Assembly: GCA_963796455.1 (NCBI GenBank)
Contig: CAWCLO010000002.1
Span: 128,001-192,000, forward strand
Direction of reading: 5' to 3'
Source of the DNA: Candidatus Sulfomarinibacteraceae bacterium
Lineage (GTDB): Bacteria > Acidobacteriota > Thermoanaerobaculia > Thermoanaerobaculales > Sulfomarinibacteraceae
DNA length: 64,000 bases
Within the stretch, counting starts at the first letter, position 1. Each line of letters opens with the position of its first letter. Below the pieces are notes generated by a model. It did no database searches. It was not told the origin of the DNA and saw nothing but the letters and a program-made list of their open reading frames with translations. The position numbers and the translations under genes were made by a program. Shown here piece after piece: positions 32,607-41,548 of this stretch.

Positions 32607-34336
32607 GCTTTTTTCGCTCTGGAAACCGTGAAGATGCCGTACTCGTCGATCTTCATCTCCAGTTTTTGCAACCCGACCGAACGCAGCAGTTCATCCATCT
32701 CCGCCTGCGAGCGTCGGCGCATGATCCAGGGAACCCCGTCACGGTTGGGCAGCGTGCGCGCGATCATTTCCACCTGGGGATGCCACGGCTGGCAGGTGTA
32801 GATGAAGTCCCCGTCATCCTGGAGGATCCCGGCGATGCCTTCGAGCGAAGCGATCAGCATGGCGTTGTCGGGGAACAACTCGTAGAGACCGGAGACGATC
32901 ACGATATTGGGACGTGGTGTGACAGCGAGGATCGATTCTTTGTCGAAGGCGTCGCCCTGTTCGAAAACCACGTTTTCCAGATCGAGTGCCGCTGCCGAGG
33001 CGCGGCCCTGTTCCAGGTTGCGGGGCTCCCAGTCCCGAAGCACTGCGCTGACATCAAGGGCGCGCAGCTCGACGAGAGCATCCAGGACATAGCGGCCACA
33101 GCCGGTCGCGAGGTCCAGGATCCGCACCGGATTGCCGGTGCCTGCGAGGCGCTCCGCCGAGTTTCTGAGCATGGCGGCCAGATGGGTGCGCCGGTCGCGA
33201 ATGCCTTTCCAGCCCACGGCATCGAGATACCCGCGATCGATCAGGCGGCCCAGCGGCGTCGTGCCCCTTGCAGTGTTGTCGTACACGTAGTCGAGCGACC
33301 TGCCCGAATCGAAACCGGTTTCGAGCCCGATCCGGATACCCTCGCTCAGCCGGCCGCCGGTGTTCATGCCGAATCGCTGCAGTTTGTATCCGAGCCCGCG
33401 AAGTATAGGGGCCGGCTGCCGCAGCAGATCGTACTCCGTGCGCGTGTATCCCCCCTGGTCGGCACGCACGAGGGCCGAGCGGTCCATATCACGCTCGAAG
33501 CTTTCCATCAGGAATGCCCGCGCATCGTTGATGGGTTTGGCGCGATCCTTTTCGTAGAGGATGGCGTGAAAGAAACCGGGGTAGTACTCCATCTGCTTCT
33601 TGGCGGAAGAGAGCCCTTCATAGAATTGCCGCTGCGCGGAGTTCTTCACGACCCAATCCGATCCGCCGGAAAGAACCAGTGTCGGCGTTTCGATGGCGCC
33701 GGCGTCCGCCATGACGCGGGTGGCCGTGTCATGCAGTTCGAGCAGGATGTTGACCGCAATGTCGCGCGTGATCAGCGGATCTTCGTCATAGGCCCGGGAT
33801 TGCTCGGGGTCGTGGGTCAGCATCTTCGATTTGACATAGCTGCTGATCGTCGCGTCGGGCTTGAAGCGCAGCAACAGACGGAGAAACGGAATCGCCAAGG
33901 GCACGTAGAGTTTGATGCGAAAAGCGGGTGCGGCCAGGACCATCGAGCGGATCCGCGGCGCGTAGTCGTGAACCCATGTCGCGGTGGTCACGGCGCCGAC
34001 GCTGTTGGCCACGATGGCGATGTTCTCCATCGGGATATTGTGCTGCTCGCAGACGTGGTGGACGAAGGCATCCAGATCGCGCACGAGAGCCGAATAGCTC
34101 GGGGCGTGTCCGCGATCGCCCGGCGATTTCCCGTGTCCGCGGTTGTCCCACGAGAAGGCCCAGAAGTCGGGCATGTCCAGCGAATCCAACAACTCCTGAA
34201 GCCGTCCGGAGTGTTCGTGCCCGCGGTGAACAAGGATCAGTGCCTTTTGACTGCTTGTGGCCGGCGCCCAACTTCGGCAGAAGAGCTCTGTGTCGTCCCA
34301 TGAAGTGAACACTCCTTCGCTACAAGCTCGTGCCAT
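32603..34336 (-). CDS. ynbC: Bifunctional alpha/beta hydrolase - class I SAM methyltransferase (YnbC-like)
   Basis: 'HRGHEHSGR', 'ANSVGA', 'GFDSG.SLDYVY', 'ILDLATGCGRY', 'SGLYELF', 'QPWHPQ', 'MRRRSQAEMD'. Confidence 0.9.
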   Translation of the reverse strand: MARACSEGVFTSWDDTELFCRSWAPATSSQKALILVHRGHEHSGRLQELLDSLDMPDFWAFSWDNRGHGKSPGDRGHAPSYSALVRDLDAFVHHVCEQHNIPMENIAIVANSVGAVTTATWVHDYAPRIRSMVLAAPAFRIKLYVPLAIPFLRLLLRFKPDATISSYVKSKMLTHDPEQSRAYDEDPLITRDIAVNILLELHDTATRVMADAGAIETPTLVLSGGSDWVVKNSAQRQFYEGLSSAKKQMEYYPGFFHAILYEKDRAKPINDARAFLMESFERDMDRSALVRADQGGYTRTEYDLLRQPAPILRGLGYKLQRFGMNTGGRLSEGIRIGLETGFDSGRSLDYVYDNTARGTTPLGRLIDRGYLDAVGWKGIRDRRTHLAAMLRNSAERLAGTGNPVRILDLATGCGRYVLDALVELRALDVSAVLRDWEPRNLEQGRASAAALDLENVVFEQGDAFDKESILAVTPRPNIVIVSGLYELFPDNAMLIASLEGIAGILQDDGDFIYTCQPWHPQVEMIARTLPNRDGVPWIMRRRSQAEMDELLRSVGLQKLEMKIDEYGIFTVSRAKKA

Positions 34337-34499
34337 TGTCCTCACCCTTCCCCGTCTTGCGGCAGGTCCCGGCGGCGGTTTGTGTGGTTATCGGGAAAAG
34401 TGACATCAGTACTATTCATGTTAGCGGACATCGTGCTGGGTCGTGGTCTCGATGCCCGCCATCGGACTGACAAGTCGCTGCAATTCCGGGCCGGCTCGT

Positions 34500-35450
34500 T
34501 CAGGCGGATGGCAGGGCGTCGACGACTTTTTCCATCCGGCGGAGGGTTGCTTCATCGGGGAGTTCACCGTAGGCGGCTCCCATGTTGTCCAGCATGTGTT
34601 TCGCCTTGCTGGTCGCCGGCGTGACGCAGGTGACCGCCGGGTGAGCCGCCACATATTTGAGAAAGAATCTGCCCCAGGTGTCGGCGCCGAAGTCTGCGGC
34701 CCATTCCGGAACGGTCCTTCCACTCACGCGGGTCCAGAGTCTGGATCGACCAAACGGGACGTAGACCAGCACGGCGATGCCGAGATCCTGCGCGACGGGC
34801 AGGACGCGCTCCGCCGACGCACGGTTGTCCACGGCGTAGTCGACGCCGATGAAATCGATGGGGTGTTGGCGCATCGCTTTTTCGAGATCTCCGTGGCGGC
34901 TGCTCCGCGTGGAGGTGGTTCCGATGTACCGGAGCTTGCCGCTCTCCTTGGCTTCCTGAACCACGGGCATCTGGGTCGCGAGATCGGCGAGATTGTGGAC
35001 CTGGATCAGATCCACCGGCTTTTTGCCGAGCCGTTCGAGTGAACGTTTGACCTGGGCCCGCGCTTCGTCCCCATCGGCCTTCCCCGTTTCCCGGGAAGCA
35101 ACATTGACCTTGGTGGCCCAGAAGATCTTGTCGGTCACTCCCAACTCGCCGGCGATCTCGCCGCAGACCTTTTCTGAGGCGCCGTAGGAGGGAGCGGTGT
35201 CGAGGACGGTGCCGCCGTTCCGGACCAGCGCTTCGATCACGCCCTGAAGGGCTGAAATGTCGTCGCCACCTGCGACCTTCCGAAATGATGCGGAACTCCC
35301 CAACCCGACGATCGGCAGATGTTCACCCGTCTTCGGGATCGCACGGGTGATGAGAGCGCTGCTTTCGAAGGCCCGGAGCAGGCCGGGTGGAATCGCACAG
35401 GCCGCACCGGCCAGGGCCGCGTTCTTGAGATACTCACGTCGTGTCCACAT
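34500..35450 (-). CDS. Aldo/keto reductase with Tat-like signal
   Basis: MWTRREYLK after GGAGG; 'LDTAPSYG', 'ATKV', 'DLIQVHNL', 'PAT'. Confidence 0.9.
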   Translation of the reverse strand: MWTRREYLKNAALAGAACAIPPGLLRAFESSALITRAIPKTGEHLPIVGLGSSASFRKVAGGDDISALQGVIEALVRNGGTVLDTAPSYGASEKVCGEIAGELGVTDKIFWATKVNVASRETGKADGDEARAQVKRSLERLGKKPVDLIQVHNLADLATQMPVVQEAKESGKLRYIGTTSTRSSRHGDLEKAMRQHPIDFIGVDYAVDNRASAERVLPVAQDLGIAVLVYVPFGRSRLWTRVSGRTVPEWAADFGADTWGRFFLKYVAAHPAVTCVTPATSKAKHMLDNMGAAYGELPDEATLRRMEKVVDALPSA

Positions 35451-35577
35451 TGAGGTGCCTCCTTCAGTCAATCCGATCATGCAGCCGAAGCAAGCGATCT
35501 GCGGACCAGATCCGCCGGGGCTTCGGAGAAGAAGTAGAATCTATCGTACTCGCGCCGTGATCTTCATGGAGGAACGA

Positions 35578-37212
35578 ATGAAATCAAGGATTCTTCTGCT
35601 GTCTGGCCTCATCTTGCTGAGCGGTCTCTACCCTCCGGTTGATGCGTGCACCGTCATCGGCGTCGGCCGCGAGGCGAGCGCGGATGGTTCGGTCATCGTT
35701 TCCCATACCGACGCCGGTCCGAATTCACGGATCTTTGTCGTTCACGGTCGAAGCCACGAAGCGGGTGAGATGGCGCCGGTCTACTGGGGGCTCGTCGAAG
35801 CCGACCGCCCCATCGACGACTTCGGCGATGTGCTCGGCCACATCCCGCAGGTGGAGCGCACCTTCACCTATTTCCACTCGGCCTATTCGCAGATGAATGA
35901 ACACCAACTCGCGATCGGCGAAAGCACCACCTCGCAGCGCAAGGAGCTCGATGTCAAAAAGGGCGAGGGCGAGCAGATCATGACCATCGAACAGGCCCAG
36001 ATCTTCGCCCTGCAGCGAACGACGAAGGCCCGGGATGCGGTGCTGCTGATCGGCGATCTGATGGAGCGCTACGGATTCTTGCCGTCCATGGACGGTTCCG
36101 AGACGCTCGTCATCGGGGACCCCGAAGAGATCTGGATCTTCGAGGTCTTCGGGGTCGGACCGGAATGGACCCGCTCGAGCGGCAAACCGGGAGCGATCTG
36201 GGCCGCCCAGCGACTCCCGGACGACCACGCCTGCATGATCCCGAATTGGAGCATCATCAAACAGATCGACGCCGACGACGAGGCCAACTTCCTGGTCTCG
36301 GCCAACTACAAACAGGAGGCCATCGACCGCGGCTGGTACGACCCGTCCAGCGGTTTTCCTTTTGTCTGGCAGGAGGCCTATGCGCCCATCCCGCGCGAGT
36401 GGGCCACCAGCCGATTCTGGTTGTTTCACACCACCTTTGCACCCGACGAGGACCGCTGGCCGAAACGATCTCCGGTGAAGAACCCGGCACAGACGGTCGA
36501 CCAGTACCACCAGTACGTGGAGCCCTTGTCCACCTATCCGGTTTCCATCGCGCCCGAGCAAAAAATCTCGGTCCTTGATGTCATGGCCTTCCAGCGCTCC
36601 ACCTACGAGGGCACCATCTACGACATCACCGCCCAGTCGCCGTGGTTGGTCCCCGACGACGAGGGGAAGATGATCAAGAGCCCGTTGGCGACCCCCTTCC
36701 CGAACAAGGACCTGCAGGCGTTGCTCCATCTCACCAACCGCCGTCCGGTGGCCCGGCACATGGGCCAGTACGGCATGGTGACCCAGCTCAGGAGCTGGCT
36801 GCCCGATGCGATCGGGGGGGTCTACTGGGTCTATCTCGACAACCCGTACTTCAGCCCCTACGTTCCCATCTATGCCGGCGTCCAGGAGACCTCGGAGAGC
36901 TACCGGATCTACGACCCCGACGCTTACAGCGACGCCTCGGCTCGGTGGGCGATCGACTTCGTCGACAACCTCGCGAACTTGAGGTTCCAGGAGGCGATCG
37001 TCGATGTCCGGGCCGAACGTGAGCCCTTCGAAGAACGACTCTTCGCCGACCAGGAGAAGATCGAGGCCGAGGCCCTGCGCCTCTTCAGAGAGTCACCGGA
37101 TGCAGCCAATGAATATCTGACAGACGTCAGCCAGTCTGCGATGGATGAAGTTCTGCAGATCTACACCAGGTTGCGCGCGACCTTGATCACGAAGTACACC
37201 AACAACCGATAG
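35578..37212 (+). CDS. Dipeptidase, peptidase family C69 (Ntn hydrolase), secreted
   Basis: Signal peptide followed directly by catalytic 'CTVIGVG..ASADGS'; 'MNEHQLAIGEST', 'ALQR', 'PYVPIY'; GGAGG RBS. Confidence 0.9.
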   Translation: MKSRILLLSGLILLSGLYPPVDACTVIGVGREASADGSVIVSHTDAGPNSRIFVVHGRSHEAGEMAPVYWGLVEADRPIDDFGDVLGHIPQVERTFTYFHSAYSQMNEHQLAIGESTTSQRKELDVKKGEGEQIMTIEQAQIFALQRTTKARDAVLLIGDLMERYGFLPSMDGSETLVIGDPEEIWIFEVFGVGPEWTRSSGKPGAIWAAQRLPDDHACMIPNWSIIKQIDADDEANFLVSANYKQEAIDRGWYDPSSGFPFVWQEAYAPIPREWATSRFWLFHTTFAPDEDRWPKRSPVKNPAQTVDQYHQYVEPLSTYPVSIAPEQKISVLDVMAFQRSTYEGTIYDITAQSPWLVPDDEGKMIKSPLATPFPNKDLQALLHLTNRRPVARHMGQYGMVTQLRSWLPDAIGGVYWVYLDNPYFSPYVPIYAGVQETSESYRIYDPDAYSDASARWAIDFVDNLANLRFQEAIVDVRAEREPFEERLFADQEKIEAEALRLFRESPDAANEYLTDVSQSAMDEVLQIYTRLRATLITKYTNNR

Positions 37213-37228
37213 TGGTGTCTGGGCTCGC

Positions 37229-37603
37229 CTAGCGAAGGTCCGGCGGCACCAGATCCTGCCGGATGATCTCGGCGACGATCGCTCCCGAGCTCCTTGCAAG
37301 GGTTGTCGCCAACTTCTTGACGGCCGTGCCTTCCTGGAAGCCCGACCGGAGCAGCGCACGATCTTCCTCGCTCCACGGCAGACCGGAGTTCTTCGGTCTT
37401 CCGAGTTCGAGGTTGTTCCGGCGCCTCGCCTCGACGCTCAATGGCGGCCGCTTCGAATTTTTGACGAATTCGAGGATCGAAAACAGTGCCCGGATCACTT
37501 CCGGGTCGTTGTACGGGCTCTCCGGTGAGAAGACCTCTCCGGTGGTGGGGTGGATACCCTGCGCGAGGGTGTTGACGATCTTACGGGATTCGTAGAGTTC
37601 CAT
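37229..37603 (-). CDS. Hypothetical protein with C-terminal Myb/HTH-like motif
   Basis: 'LAQGIHPTTGE..VIRALF' N-terminal part; 'GLPWSEEDRALL..LATTLARSSGAI' three-helix motif; AAGGAG RBS. Confidence 0.75.
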   Translation of the reverse strand: MELYESRKIVNTLAQGIHPTTGEVFSPESPYNDPEVIRALFSILEFVKNSKRPPLSVEARRRNNLELGRPKNSGLPWSEEDRALLRSGFQEGTAVKKLATTLARSSGAIVAEIIRQDLVPPDLR

Positions 37604-37698
37604 GTCACGCTCCTTCTCTCGTGGGCTACCGGTGAATTCTTACCGGCGGGCACCATGAGTCTGGGCGTGGACGGGTTGCCCGAGGGGCGAGCGTAAAT

Positions 37699-37727
37699 AA
37701 AGTATAAGTTGAATATCGGATTGTCAA
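37699..37727 (-). promoter_or_regulatory. Candidate sigma70 promoter for the 37229-37603 gene
   Basis: Minus strand TTGACA-N17-TACTTT in an AT-rich patch about 95 nt upstream of the start. Confidence 0.5.
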
Positions 37728-37828
37728 GGAGAACGAACTGCTGTCCAAAATAAATCGGCATGTCGAGTCGCCCATGTGACAACCCGAGGATGACGGGTTG
37801 GTTGTTGGCCTATCCTGTTCGCGATTGG

Positions 37829-37961
37829 CCCGTACCCGCACCCGATCCCGATCCCGATCCCAAATTGCAGCGGCAGCGATAGGGTCCAGCGACAGCGACA
37901 GGCAACAGCGAACAGGGACAGCGAACAGGGACAGTGATCAGCGGCAGCGGCAGCGGTCAGG
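37829..37961 (+). repeat. Short tandem repeat arrays upstream of the four-helix-bundle gene
   Basis: CCCGNN hexamers 37829-37864, then degenerate CAGCG(A/G)/ACAG(C/G)GA 6-7-mers 37868-37961. Confidence 0.85.
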
Positions 37962-37976
37962 AGTACAGGCGGCAAA

Positions 37977-38116
37977 ATGGCCACCTCCGGGTCGTTCAAA
38001 GGAAGGGGTAGCCGGTGGGCGGCCGATGTCAAGGACAGGCAGGGTGCAGGGCATCCTTGACATCGGCCACCACACCGGCTTGTGGCAAAGGGCATGAACG
38101 ACCCGGAGGTGACCAT
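37977..38116 (+). promoter_or_regulatory. Long rod-like hairpin enclosing the SD and start codon of the four-helix-bundle gene
   Basis: Nested perfect inverted repeats: 37982-37998/38095-38111 (17 bp), 38010-38017/38073-38080 (8 bp), 38021-38035/38054-38068 (15 bp), plus ATGG/CCAT at the base. Confidence 0.85.
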
Positions 38117-38468
38117 GTCCAACGCCGCGAGGAACACCAACCTCGTTGCCCACTCGAAAGCCCTCGAAGCAGCAGGCATCGCGATCAAACTCGTGATGAG
38201 AGTTCCCGCTCCGCTGAAATCCATAGCCGATCAGGTCATCCGGTCGGCAAGTTCGGTCCCTGCGAATCTGGCAGAAGGGCACGGCCGAGTTGGGAGAGAC
38301 CGGTCGAACCACTGGAGAATCGCATACGCCTCGGCGAAAGAGGTCGACAGCCACTTGAAGCTCCTCGCTCGCGCCGGGGCGGTCAACCGGAATGGAGCCA
38401 GTGAAGCGATGAAGGCCTTCGATCAGGTCCGTGCGATGACCTGGCGGCTCTTGAACCCGAAAATGTAA
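38115..38468 (+). CDS. Four-helix-bundle protein (23S rRNA intervening-sequence protein family; Avd-like fold)
   Basis: 117 aa; hallmark 'DQVIRSASSVPANLAEGHGR' and 'IAYASAKEV'; GGAGGT SD before ATG 38115. Confidence 0.92.
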   Translation: MSNAARNTNLVAHSKALEAAGIAIKLVMRVPAPLKSIADQVIRSASSVPANLAEGHGRVGRDRSNHWRIAYASAKEVDSHLKLLARAGAVNRNGASEAMKAFDQVRAMTWRLLNPKM

Positions 38469-38469
38469 G

Positions 38470-38587
38470 CGCTGTTCGCTGTTCGCTGTCGCTGCCCCGG
38501 CCGCTGGTCGCTGCCGCTGTCTCCTGTTCGCTGATGCTGTCCGCCGGTCCCTGTCGCCGTCCCTGAACGCTATCCGCGACTCTGTCT
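38470..38587 (-). repeat. Short tandem repeat array downstream of the four-helix-bundle gene, inverted relative to the upstream array
   Basis: CGCTGTT CGCTGTT CGCTGT CGCTGC..CCCTGT begins 1 nt after the stop codon; reverse complement of the upstream ACAGCG/ACAGGG units. Confidence 0.85.
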
Positions 38588-38654
38588 TGGACAAGAGTCG
38601 AAGAGAACCCAACAAAATGGGTGAGGGGGTTCGTTGCGCGCGGTGAGGTGCCGC

Positions 38655-41336
38655 TCACTCAGTCGTCGGCGACTCAACACCTTCCTTGGTAGCGGTGAAC
38701 TCGAATTCGCCCCTCCCGCCCGAACCCGTCCCGGTGATCTCCCCGCCTTCGAGCCGTCCTTCGAACTCCATTTCAGAGACATCGTCGCCGCTGTCACGAA
38801 TCGCCGTGAATCGCAGGCGCTCTCCGTCGAACGAAACATCGCTCACATCGGCCTGGCCGAAGACAAAGGACATGGAGCCAGCGATCTCATCACCATCCAA
38901 TACGAGCTCCAGGCCGAAGGGCTGGATCCGCCCGTCGGCGTCGAGCTCACCAATCCAGCTCCCGATCAGGTCCTCCAGGTCCTCGGCCGTGGCCTTTGTG
39001 GAGTCGATCTCGGCTTTCTCGTCCTCGTCGAGCTGCTCGGCATCAAAGACCCACACCCCCCTGCCGTGGGTGGCGATGACGATCATCCGGTCCCTGGGGT
39101 GGATGGCCAGATCGTGCACGTACGCGAACGGGAGGTCGCCCAGGACCGCCCAGGTCTCGCCGCCGTCATTGCTGATGTAGACACCGGCATCTGTACCGAG
39201 GTAGAGCGTTTCTTCATCGTCCGGATCTTCGCGTATGACGTTGACGGGACCGAGGGGCACGTTGCCCGAGATGTCGACCCAGGTTGCTCCGAGGTCCGTC
39301 GATTTCCAGACGTAGACCTGGAAATCATCTTCCCTGCGGCCGGTCTGCGTCATGTAGACCGTCCCGAGATCGTGCTCGGATGAAACCAGCCTCGAGACCC
39401 ATTTGGCCGGCACCGGGGGAGCGCCGATCTCCGTCCACTCGCCGCCGCCGTCCTTGGTCCGCCAGATCCTGCCGTCGTCGGTTCCCGCGAAGATCAGCCC
39501 GAACCTGAGCGGAGATTCGCTGAGTGCGGCGATGGTCTGGTAAGCGATATCGCCGCGTTTTGCGGCGACGTTGTGGGACAGATCCGGGCTGATGCTGACC
39601 CAGGTGTTGCCCCGATCCCGCGACATCATGACGTTGTGCATCCCGTGGTACACAATGTCCGGGTTGTGGACCGACAGGATGGTCGGCGTGATCCACTGCC
39701 CCAGCGGTTTGTCCTCTCCCGGGAAGGGTGGAGGAAGACAGGTCTTCGTATCGGACCCGTCGAAGCTCTGTCGCTCGAGATTGCCGTAGAAGGTGCTGGC
39801 ATAGACCGTGCCGTCGCGCGGATCGACGGCGTGGGAGGTGCCTTCTCCACCGAGCGCGTCGTCGAACGGGATCGCTTTGATCTTCGCCCGGCCCTCCGAA
39901 ATGTCGACGGTGCCAACACGGCTGCCGTGGTCCTGAATCGAGCCGAAGACCCGAAAGGGCTCGTTCATGTCGTAGGCCACGTTGTAGAACTGGGCCAATG
40001 GCAAGGCCTTGAGCGGGATCTTCCAATTCTCCCCGCCGTCGTAGGAGATGGACAGCCCACCGTCCTGGACGTTGAGCAGGTAATCGCTGTTGGCAGGATC
40101 GATCCACAAACCGTGATGATCCCCGTGCATTCCCGTCAGGACCTCGGCGGTCCTGCCGCCGTCAGAGGACACATTGAGGGCCAAACCCATCGTGTAGATG
40201 CGATTTTCATCCTGTGGATCGACCCTGATCTGCGCGAAGACCCAGCCGTAGGTCCCGGAGTGGTTCTCCATAAACTTCTTGGTTCTTTCGTCCAGCCCGC
40301 TGACCTGCACCCAGCTCTGCCCACCATTTTCGCTACGGTAGATTTTGGCGCCTTTGATCCGATCCTTCATCGGACGACCGTAGGCGTCCTTCTGGCCCGG
40401 CTTGGCCTTCTTTGCGATCTCGTAGCTGTCCACATAGGCATACAAGACCTGAGGGTTCGACGCCGCGATGTCGATTCCGATGCGACCTCGGAGCCCGGCC
40501 TCCGGCAGACCGGTATTGATCTGTTCCCAATCCTCTCCGCCATTGGTGGATTTCCACACTCCGCTGTGTTCATGGTCGGGGAGGACCCTGGGGTCGCTCC
40601 ATTTCAGCCGCGTCCGCTGCCAGGTCGTGCAGTAGAGGGTGTCGGGCTCGGTGGGATCGAGGACCAGGTCGTTGACCCCTGTTTCGTCATCGATAAACAG
40701 GATCTTCTCCCAGGTTACTCCCCCGTCGGTGGTCTTGAACAGACCGCGTTCCGGGTTGCCGGTCCACTCGTGGCCGCCCGCCGCCACATAGACGATGTCC
40801 GGGTTTTCGGGATGAATGCGAATCCTGGGTACGGTATGGGATTCCGCGAGACCCATGTTCTTCCAGGTTGTGCCCCCGTCCGTGGTCTTGAACACCCCGC
40901 AGCCTGGGTTGGAGCTGCGGAAAATGTTGGCCTCGCCGGTGCCCACCCACACCACATCCGGATTGACCGGATCGATGGCGATATCGCCGATGGATGCGCA
41001 GGGCATGTCGTCAAAGACGGGATCGAAGGTCGTGCCCTCGTTGACGGACTTCCAGACCCCGCCCGTGGCGGCGCCGAGCCAGATCGTGTACTGCTGTCCC
41101 CTGGGAGAAACGGCCTCGACGTCGGTACACCGGCCGCTGATGTTCGTGGGGCCGAGGTAGCTCCATTTCATCGCCTTGAACGGCGATTCGGATTTCATCT
41201 CCATGTGCCGCTGGTGCATTTCCAGCCGCGTCTCGCCGTCCGGAATCGGCTCTTTGACTCCGGAATCGGCGGCTGAACTCCATGTCCCGAGGCATACCGC
41301 GTGAATGAAAAACAGAGCGGAAAACTTGGCCTTCAT
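38655..41336 (-). CDS. Secreted BNR/Asp-box repeat (VPS10/sortilin-like) beta-propeller protein
   Basis: Signal peptide; 'GPTNISGR'; many S/T-x-D-G-G-x-T-W Asp boxes; 'HGDHH', 'ATHGRG'; extra C-terminal beta domain. Confidence 0.9.
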   Translation of the reverse strand: MKAKFSALFFIHAVCLGTWSSAADSGVKEPIPDGETRLEMHQRHMEMKSESPFKAMKWSYLGPTNISGRCTDVEAVSPRGQQYTIWLGAATGGVWKSVNEGTTFDPVFDDMPCASIGDIAIDPVNPDVVWVGTGEANIFRSSNPGCGVFKTTDGGTTWKNMGLAESHTVPRIRIHPENPDIVYVAAGGHEWTGNPERGLFKTTDGGVTWEKILFIDDETGVNDLVLDPTEPDTLYCTTWQRTRLKWSDPRVLPDHEHSGVWKSTNGGEDWEQINTGLPEAGLRGRIGIDIAASNPQVLYAYVDSYEIAKKAKPGQKDAYGRPMKDRIKGAKIYRSENGGQSWVQVSGLDERTKKFMENHSGTYGWVFAQIRVDPQDENRIYTMGLALNVSSDGGRTAEVLTGMHGDHHGLWIDPANSDYLLNVQDGGLSISYDGGENWKIPLKALPLAQFYNVAYDMNEPFRVFGSIQDHGSRVGTVDISEGRAKIKAIPFDDALGGEGTSHAVDPRDGTVYASTFYGNLERQSFDGSDTKTCLPPPFPGEDKPLGQWITPTILSVHNPDIVYHGMHNVMMSRDRGNTWVSISPDLSHNVAAKRGDIAYQTIAALSESPLRFGLIFAGTDDGRIWRTKDGGGEWTEIGAPPVPAKWVSRLVSSEHDLGTVYMTQTGRREDDFQVYVWKSTDLGATWVDISGNVPLGPVNVIREDPDDEETLYLGTDAGVYISNDGGETWAVLGDLPFAYVHDLAIHPRDRMIVIATHGRGVWVFDAEQLDEDEKAEIDSTKATAEDLEDLIGSWIGELDADGRIQPFGLELVLDGDEIAGSMSFVFGQADVSDVSFDGERLRFTAIRDSGDDVSEMEFEGRLEGGEITGTGSGGRGEFEFTATKEGVESPTTE

Positions 41337-41548
41337 GTTGTTCCTCCAACCTCAACGCGGAGCTCCGCGAACCGGTCAATCGTCGCAGAGTTCGTTGGGG
41401 TCGGCAACAGCGGATGCCGCACCTCCCGTTGCAGCCGGCTTTTCGCGATTCATGATTCGAGCGTCAGTTGAATTGCTGTGCCCGCAGTCTGCGACCGTGT
41501 TTGCCGATATAGTCGTCATTGTTCGGTACCAAGGTGGAGAGGTGCAGC

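Noticed and set aside
38057..38085. TTGACA in the leader hairpin as the promoter of the four-helix-bundle gene
   Set aside because: No acceptable -10 box at 16-18 nt spacing.
37829..38587. Diversity-generating retroelement or 23S rRNA intervening sequence
   Set aside because: The protein is Avd/IVP-like, but I found no reverse transcriptase, no TR/VR pair and no rRNA sequence in the window.
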